DNA of 64,000 nt from Chiloscyllium plagiosum (taxonomy: Eukaryota): assembly GCF_004010195.1 (NCBI RefSeq), contig NC_057754.1:392918-456917 (forward strand). The letters are read 5' to 3'. A model generated the notes under the pieces. It worked only from the letters and a program-made list of their open reading frames with translations. It was not told the origin of the DNA and did no database searches. How positions within the stretch are numbered: position 1 is the first letter of the stretch; the number at the start of each line of letters is the position of its first letter. Shown here in pieces: positions 60,455 through 64,000 of this stretch. A program made the translations under genes and the position numbers.

Positions 60455-61887
60455 GCAAGTAAAATTCTTCTTGCCATTCCGTAATTCCTTTGATTTTCTA
60501 ATGCATCGATATCCAGGTAGCATATTGAGTCATGCCTTTCAGATACTTCAGGATCAAATCTAAATGAGATCTGCACACACCTTCTCATGGGAGTTACCTA
60601 ATGGCAATTGTGAGCCAGTTAATTTTCATTCCAATCCTCCCCTCAATACCATGAAGCAAAATTGCAAAGGATCCTGCCCGTCAAAGCAAGATATACTGGA
60701 AGCAGTCACAATATATTCAAAATTTGGAAGCAGCCCACCAATCCGACCTCTTCATGTGAACTGATGACCAGTGTGTGGGCAAGGTTTATTCCCACTGTCA
60801 TGGATAATGATTTCCTTAATGGGGCATCTGTATCTCTACTCGAGCATCAGGGTCTTAAGTGGCCATATTTGCAGGCTACACAGGCTCTGCAGTACTTCCA
60901 GCTTGTGTCATTCTCAATTGCAACAACTGAAAGTGTACTCTGCCACTGGGCCAGGTATGCTGCAAGCCAACATTTTGTTTTGACTGCAGCTAATGTGAAC
61001 TCTCAGTTTCAATATGGAAAATTAGTTCAGATACTAGTTCAGGTTAAATAAAAACAATCAGAGGAGGAGGATCACAACTAGAAATCGAAAACCACAATCC
61101 CAATTGTTTTAATGTTGTACTTAATGCTCCGAATTCACAGAATCCATACAGTATGGAAACAGGCTGTTTGGTCCAACAAGTCCACACCAACCCTCTGAAG
61201 AGCAACCCACTCAGATCAATTCCCCTACCTATTATCCTATATTTACCACTGACTAATGCACCTAACCTACACATCCCTGAATACGATGGACAATTTAGCA
61301 TGGCTAATTAGCCTGCACGTCTTTGGATTGTGGAAGGAAACCAGAGCACCTGGAGGAAACCCATGCAGACATTGTGTGGAGTTTGCACATTCACCCTATC
61401 ACCCAAGGTTGGAATCAAATCTGGGTCCCTGGCGCTGAGGCAGCAGTATGAACCACTATGCCATCCCACAGTTCCCTTCCACAATGTGAACTTGGCCAGT
61501 TCAAAGTAAAAGCAGGGCTGACAAACTGTGTAACTACTTCTAGTTACTAAATGAGCCTCTTAAAGATGCCTGCTCATGAGACACTTGTATTGTGATGCTC
61601 TATGTGTGTTCCTGTGCCTTTTATAATGATCTGTGGGTTTTTATTTTCAGAACACTCAAAAACTGCCAGTATTCATAACTTTTCCTGGCCAGTGAGTAAC
61701 TGAATTTAGTATTCCAATTGATTACTTTAGAAGAGACATTTAATAAGAAACATTTATTAATGTTGTTTATCTTATCTCTTCAGGCTGACTGTGACTACAC
61801 TACAATCTGTGTGAGGGAACTGCGCCCAGTCTGTGGCACAGATGGTCAAACTTACAAGAATCGGTGTGACCTGTGCAAGGAAATAAT
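60400..61887 (+). CDS. Secreted Kazal-type serine protease inhibitor (SPINK-like), exons 1-3; last exon not found in the window
   Basis: Exons 60400-60454 (55 nt, GC donor), 61651-61691 (41 nt) and 61784-61887 (104 nt) join in phases 1, 0, 2. Product: MKIPALFLIVFLLLLLSVEHSKTASIHNFSWPADCDYTTICVRELRPVCGTDGQTYKNRCDLCKEI, i.e. a signal peptide plus the Kazal signature C-x7-PVCGTDG-x-TY-x-N-x-C-x2-C. Confidence 0.85.
61138..61468 (-). mobile_element. HE1-type SINE in intron 1 of the SPINK-like gene
   Basis: Same body as the other copies. Confidence 0.8.
61651..61691 (+). CDS. SPINK-like exon 2
   Basis: ttattttcag|AACACTC...TGGCCA|gtgagt; open in phase 1 to 0: EHSKTASIHNFSWP. Confidence 0.75.
61784..61887 (+). 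CDS. SPINK-like exon 3 (Kazal domain core, Cys I-V)
   Basis: tctcttcag|GCTGAC...ATAAT|gtgagt; ADCDYTTICVRELRPVCGTDGQTYKNRCDLCKEI. Confidence 0.93.
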
Positions 61888-62118
61888 GTGAGTATATTTA
61901 TTTCCACCTCAGGACGATCTGTATTCTGATTAATAAAGGAATCTGAGTTTCACAAAGAAAATTAAGATGATTGAGAAACATTCCTTCACAATTATGAAGG
62001 ATGCAAGTGATCCACATGCAATCCTGAAGCAGCTTTGAGCAGACCTCAATACATACTTTCCAGCAAATTATTCAGACTGCAAATAATTAAACCATTCACT
62101 CAATTTGATTAAAGTCTT

Positions 62119-62280
62119 GAGGGACTACCATCTTTCAGATGAAATGTTAAACTGAGGCCTGTCCTCTCCCTGCAGGTTGACATAAAAAGTCAAGAGCAGA
62201 GAAATTCTCCCAAAGCATTGGATAATGTTGATCTCTCAACCAACACATCAGACTATCTAGGTTTTATCACACTGCTATTT
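62119..62280 (+). mobile_element. DeuSINE (SacSINE1/AmnSINE-like) Deu-domain fragment
   Basis: CCATCTTTCAGATGAAATGTTAAACTGAGGCC...CAGGTTGACATAAAA...AAGAGCAG...TTCTCCC...TCTCAACCAACA...TTATCACACTGCT. Confidence 0.7.
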
Positions 62281-63328
62281 AGAATGAATTAGATTTTATT
62301 GTCACATGTATTCAAGTACAGAAATATATGAGTACAGTGAAAAATGTACAATGTCACCATTCTCGGCACAACCTTAAGTGCAAAATCTTAGGTACAAAGT
62401 AGAAAAACAAAGAAACAAAGTTAAAAATTAAACATTCCAGTCCTTAGTATAAAGAAATAAAGTTAAAAGTTCAACAGTCTTTCTTGGCCATTCTGGGCTC
62501 GCACGTCCTACACGAGCTCAATCTCCTCTGCTTTCATCCACTCTCTGGGATATCTCGAGTTATTGCTCTTGCTGATGCTGCAAATGATGGGCAACCTCCC
62601 TCATTGTCGCATTGGGCTCACTCATCCTGCATTGGGCTTGATCTCCAACCGTCAAAGTCCTGATTCAGGTGCCCAGCTGCTGCCATGCACCGGACCTCTA
62701 GCCAACTGCCAAAGTCTCGATCTAGGCCTCAGGCAACACAGATTGTAACCTTACTGGCTTTAGAATTTGTTTGCTTCTTTCATGCCATCAGGATGTCCTA
62801 CATTGCTTCACAATCAATGGGTTACTTTTGAAAATGCAGTCAATATTACTACTTAAGTCTGTATTTTATCTAATGTGGCAAGCAGCAACACCACACAAAA
62901 ATAAAATTTTAAAAAAGTACAAAGAGTAGTATTTCTGTGATATCTTTTACAATTTCCACAAGTTCCAAATTACATTCAGTGATATCCCTCAAAAGGCAAT
63001 GTGATAATAACTGGATAGAAATACAAACATATATATGAATACGCAAAATAGGAGCAGAAGTATGCCACGTGGCCCCTCTAATCTGCTTCACCATTCAATA
63101 AGATAATGGTTGATGTAATTTCTCCATATTCTGCTTACTCTGAATAACCTTTCACCCCTTTGTCATGAATCAATCTACATTTGCCTTAAAAATATTCAAA
63201 GGAAAATAAAATCAGCCAATGTTCTTGACTTCACCAAGTGTGTGTGTCAGTGGCAAACAATACAAGAACAGAACAAAGCAATGCTGACCTTTTTCACTAG
63301 CAGCGAAGTCTGGTTGGAATATTAGCAT

Positions 63329-63653
63329 AGGCAGCATGGTGGCTCAGTGGTTAGCAGTGCTGCCTCACAGCACCAGGGACCCGGTTCGATTCCAGCCTCA
63401 GGCAACTGTCCGTGTGGAGTTTGCACATTCTCCCCATGTTTGCGCGGGTTTCCTCCATGTGCTCCGGTTTCCTCTCATAGTCCAAAGATGTGAAGGTTAG
63501 GTGAATTGGCCATGCTAAATTGCTCATAGTGCTAGGTGCATTAGTCGGGTAAATATAGAGTAGGGGAATGGGTCTGGCTGGGTGGGTTGCTCTTTGGAGG
63601 GTCGGTGTGGACTTGTTGGGCCAAATAGCCCGTTTCCATACTGCAGGTAATCT
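63329..63653 (+). mobile_element. HE1-type SINE (within a split CR1 tail, ~63030-63860)
   Basis: GGCAGCATGGTGGCTCAGTGGTTAGC, GGTTCGATTCC, tail GTAATCTA. Confidence 0.88.
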
Positions 63654-64000
63654 AAAAGAATAATGGAAAATCTTGATGCACAGATGGAATCTGTTTCAAT
63701 CACCTTTTGAGGAAGAGAGTTCCTCTGTGAGAAAAAAAATTCTCATGTCTCAAATGGGCAGCTCCTTATTTTAAATAGGCCCCACCTCTACATTCACCCA
63801 CAAGAGGAAACATTCTCTCCACATGCACTCTGGAAAGCCTCCTCAGGATCTTATATAGTTTTGGTATTAGTGGAGTGCTAAAAAATCATTTATGGGGGAG
63901 TTATTTGCCAGGAGAAACAGTGGTCAAGCCAGTCAATGGATAAAGACAAAGAGTTGCCACAGAAGTCAGAACACCTTGTGGATCAAAATTCATAGATGTG

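Noticed and set aside
63251..63287. Possible last Kazal exon (phase 2: GKQYKNRTKQC*), with loose similarity to exon 3
   Set aside because: The acceptor is weak (gtgtgtcag), Cys V-VI spacing would be 14 rather than the usual ~17, the G-x-C ending is missing, and it lies inside a split CR1 tail. Probably chance.

Overview
This is repeat-dense vertebrate genomic DNA, by inference from a cartilaginous fish (shark). The evidence is HE1-type tRNA-derived SINEs, SacSINE/DeuSINE fragments, and abundant CR1 LINEs and Penelope-like elements. There are two assembly gaps (1880-2379 and 35629-36564). Two protein-coding genes can be built by hand on the + strand. The first is a complete 8-exon NAA40 (histone H4/H2A N-alpha-acetyltransferase, 236 aa, 40593-49591) with a GC-rich promoter. 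The second is a small secreted Kazal/SPINK-type protease inhibitor (3 exons, 60400-61887, with a GC-AG first intron and P1 = Arg; its last exon was not found in the window). Most other ORF-track entries are fragments of CR1 or Penelope ORFs, or noise. The most striking non-genic signal is about 15 minimal type I hammerhead-ribozyme motifs, in three sequence families, carried by Penelope-like elements. Several of these are very short (85-450 bp) non-autonomous or fold-back insertions with 14-17 bp target-site duplications. Also present are a solo LTR with a 4-bp TSD interrupted by a Penelope composite, a MER46/Tigger-like MITE, a near-full-length CR1 inside a 6.7-kb nest, two minisatellites, and a few unexplained minus-strand exon candidates. 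TE boundaries without a stated TSD are approximate.
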